From Candidatus Latescibacterota bacterium (GTDB lineage: Bacteria > Latescibacterota > UBA2968 > UBA8231): 64,000 nucleotides of DNA. Shown here piece after piece: positions 62,788-64,000 of this stretch. The notes below the pieces were generated by a model, which ran no database searches, was not told the origin of the DNA, and worked only from the letters and a program-made list of their open reading frames with translations. Where the stretch lies: assembly GCA_965208105.1 (NCBI GenBank), contig OZ242318.1:96001-160000 (forward strand), written 5' to 3'. Position numbers and translations under genes: made by a program. Every line of letters starts with the position of its first letter. The first letter of the stretch is position 1.

Positions 62788-63659
62788 GGTGCACCTCCTT
62801 GGTTTAGCCGTACGAACTTCTGGATGCGGTGGTCGGTTTGCACCTCCCCCACGTAAAGGTCGCCCCCGGAGTTCATCCATATGCCATGGGGACATCCCGC
62901 AAATTCTCCCGGTTCGTCGATGCGCTCGCCGGCGCCCCAATGGCTCAACAGCTCCCCCTCGAGATTGAGAACGCTCACCCGCTGGTCGAGTTCCGCGACA
63001 TAGACCGTGTCGCCGTCGAGGAAGATGGTGTCGGGATGGTGGGAGAATGCCCACTCTTCGAGATAGTTCCCCTCTGTGTCGAAGAGCTGAATGCGGTTGT
63101 TGGCCCGGTCCGCAACCATAAGGCGGCCGCGGCAATCGCAGCGCACGCAGTGGGGCAGGTCGAACTCGCCCGGACCTGCGCCCGGACGGCCCCAGGTCTT
63201 GATCCAGGCGCCCTCGGGGGAATACTTGTGGATGCAGGCATTGCCGTAGCCGTCGGAGACGTAGATGAAGCCTTCGGCATCGAGGGTCAGGTCGGTGGGA
63301 AGGCGAAATGGCTCGCCTTCCGCGCCCTGCCGGCCCGGGGTTCCCAGGGTCAGGAGCAGCTCGCCGTGGCGGGTGAACTTGCGCACGCAGTGAGTCTCGC
63401 GCTCGACGCACCAGACCTGGTCCTGATGGTCGATGAAGATCCCGTGCGCGTCCTCGAGAACTTCTTCGCCCCACGAGGCCAGAAAACGGCCCTCGCGGTC
63501 GAAGACCACCAGGGGATGCTCGCTGCGGCTGTAGACGTAGACCCGGTCCTCGGAGTCGCAGGCCACCGCGGGGATCCAGCCGAAGCGCCAGCCCGCGGGC
63601 AGTTGAAACCAATCCTGCTGCACCTCGTAGGTGAACCTTCCGCTGCCAACCATGGACAT
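62784..63659 (-). CDS. NHL-repeat beta-propeller (peptidyl-alpha-hydroxyglycine lyase-like)
   Basis: VA.DS.DRVYV, HG..ID, F..PTD, YVSDGYGN..IHK, GEF..PH, VADR.N.RIQ.F; start MSMVG at 63659; ATGA overlap with the selenoprotein gene. Confidence 0.88.
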   Translation of the reverse strand: MSMVGSGRFTYEVQQDWFQLPAGWRFGWIPAVACDSEDRVYVYSRSEHPLVVFDREGRFLASWGEEVLEDAHGIFIDHQDQVWCVERETHCVRKFTRHGELLLTLGTPGRQGAEGEPFRLPTDLTLDAEGFIYVSDGYGNACIHKYSPEGAWIKTWGRPGAGPGEFDLPHCVRCDCRGRLMVADRANNRIQLFDTEGNYLEEWAFSHHPDTIFLDGDTVYVAELDQRVSVLNLEGELLSHWGAGERIDEPGEFAGCPHGIWMNSGGDLYVGEVQTDHRIQKFVRLNQGGAP

Positions 63660-63953
63660 TGACCGAGTCTCCGTTTCACTTGGTGGGTTTTGGTGGGTTG
63701 AAGAGTAAAATACCAGAAAAGGTCGGACCGTGCCAATCCCGCCGACCGGCACCAGGGGTCGGGCGCCTCTCCTTGCTTCCCGGAACCCGCTGATCGGCAC
63801 CGAGGGGAATGCCCGGTCTCTGTTAGAACCCAATCGGGATCTGGGGAAAAGCAGGACTGTCCCAGGATCGAGATTGCCTGGCCAGGTTGCGCCTCGCCTC
63901 CGGGAATTCTATTTTGGATTCGCAGGAAGTCAGGTACCCCCACCGAAAGGAAC

Positions 63954-64000
63954 ATGAGAATGGCAGACAAGACGGAAGCTGTTGCGCAACACCGCCTTCA
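63954..64000 (+). CDS. Possible start of a CDS truncated by the window end
   Basis: AAAGGA followed by ATG AGA ATG GCA GAC..., open to the edge. Confidence 0.3.
   Translation, partial: MRMADKTEAVAQHRL

Noticed and set aside
62602-63612. 336-aa ORF, and 61978-62535 as a separate 185-aa gene
   Set aside because: Only 62787-62602 of the first is real; its upstream part is an off-frame read of the NHL gene. Both pieces belong to one UGA-recoded CDS

Overview
GC-rich bacterial chromosome segment, most consistent with an FCB-superphylum lineage such as Latescibacterota (inferred from FlgD-Ig/T9SS-like C-terminal domains, a Wzi-like protein and many PhyH/enolase/AKR/TIM-barrel catabolic paralogues; taxonomy not verified). 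It has about 55 CDS. Housekeeping genes include groES-groEL, miaB, mtaB, pcrA, mltG, ftsA, ssb, eno and a Ppx/GppA phosphatase, plus tRNA-Thr(CGT). No transposase, integrase, CRISPR array or rRNA was seen. Highlights: (1) a selenoprotein split by the ORF track at 61978-62787 (signal peptide, UxxC redoxin, T9SS-like CTD, SECIS-like hairpin), clustered with a TlpA and an outer-membrane protein ending in a CxxxxC motif, suggesting a cell-surface thiol/selenol redox relay; (2) four copies of a ~166-bp TA/CTAG-bounded structured repeat whose stems show compensatory changes and whose terminal arms have been exchanged; (3) a groESL operon with a sigma-54 promoter, paired enhancer-like sites and a His-rich GroEL tail; (4) a TLEDWTD-filter voltage-gated channel, a stand-alone ftsA, a USP-EIIA fusion overlapping ppx/gppA, and several enzymes with altered active-site motifs.
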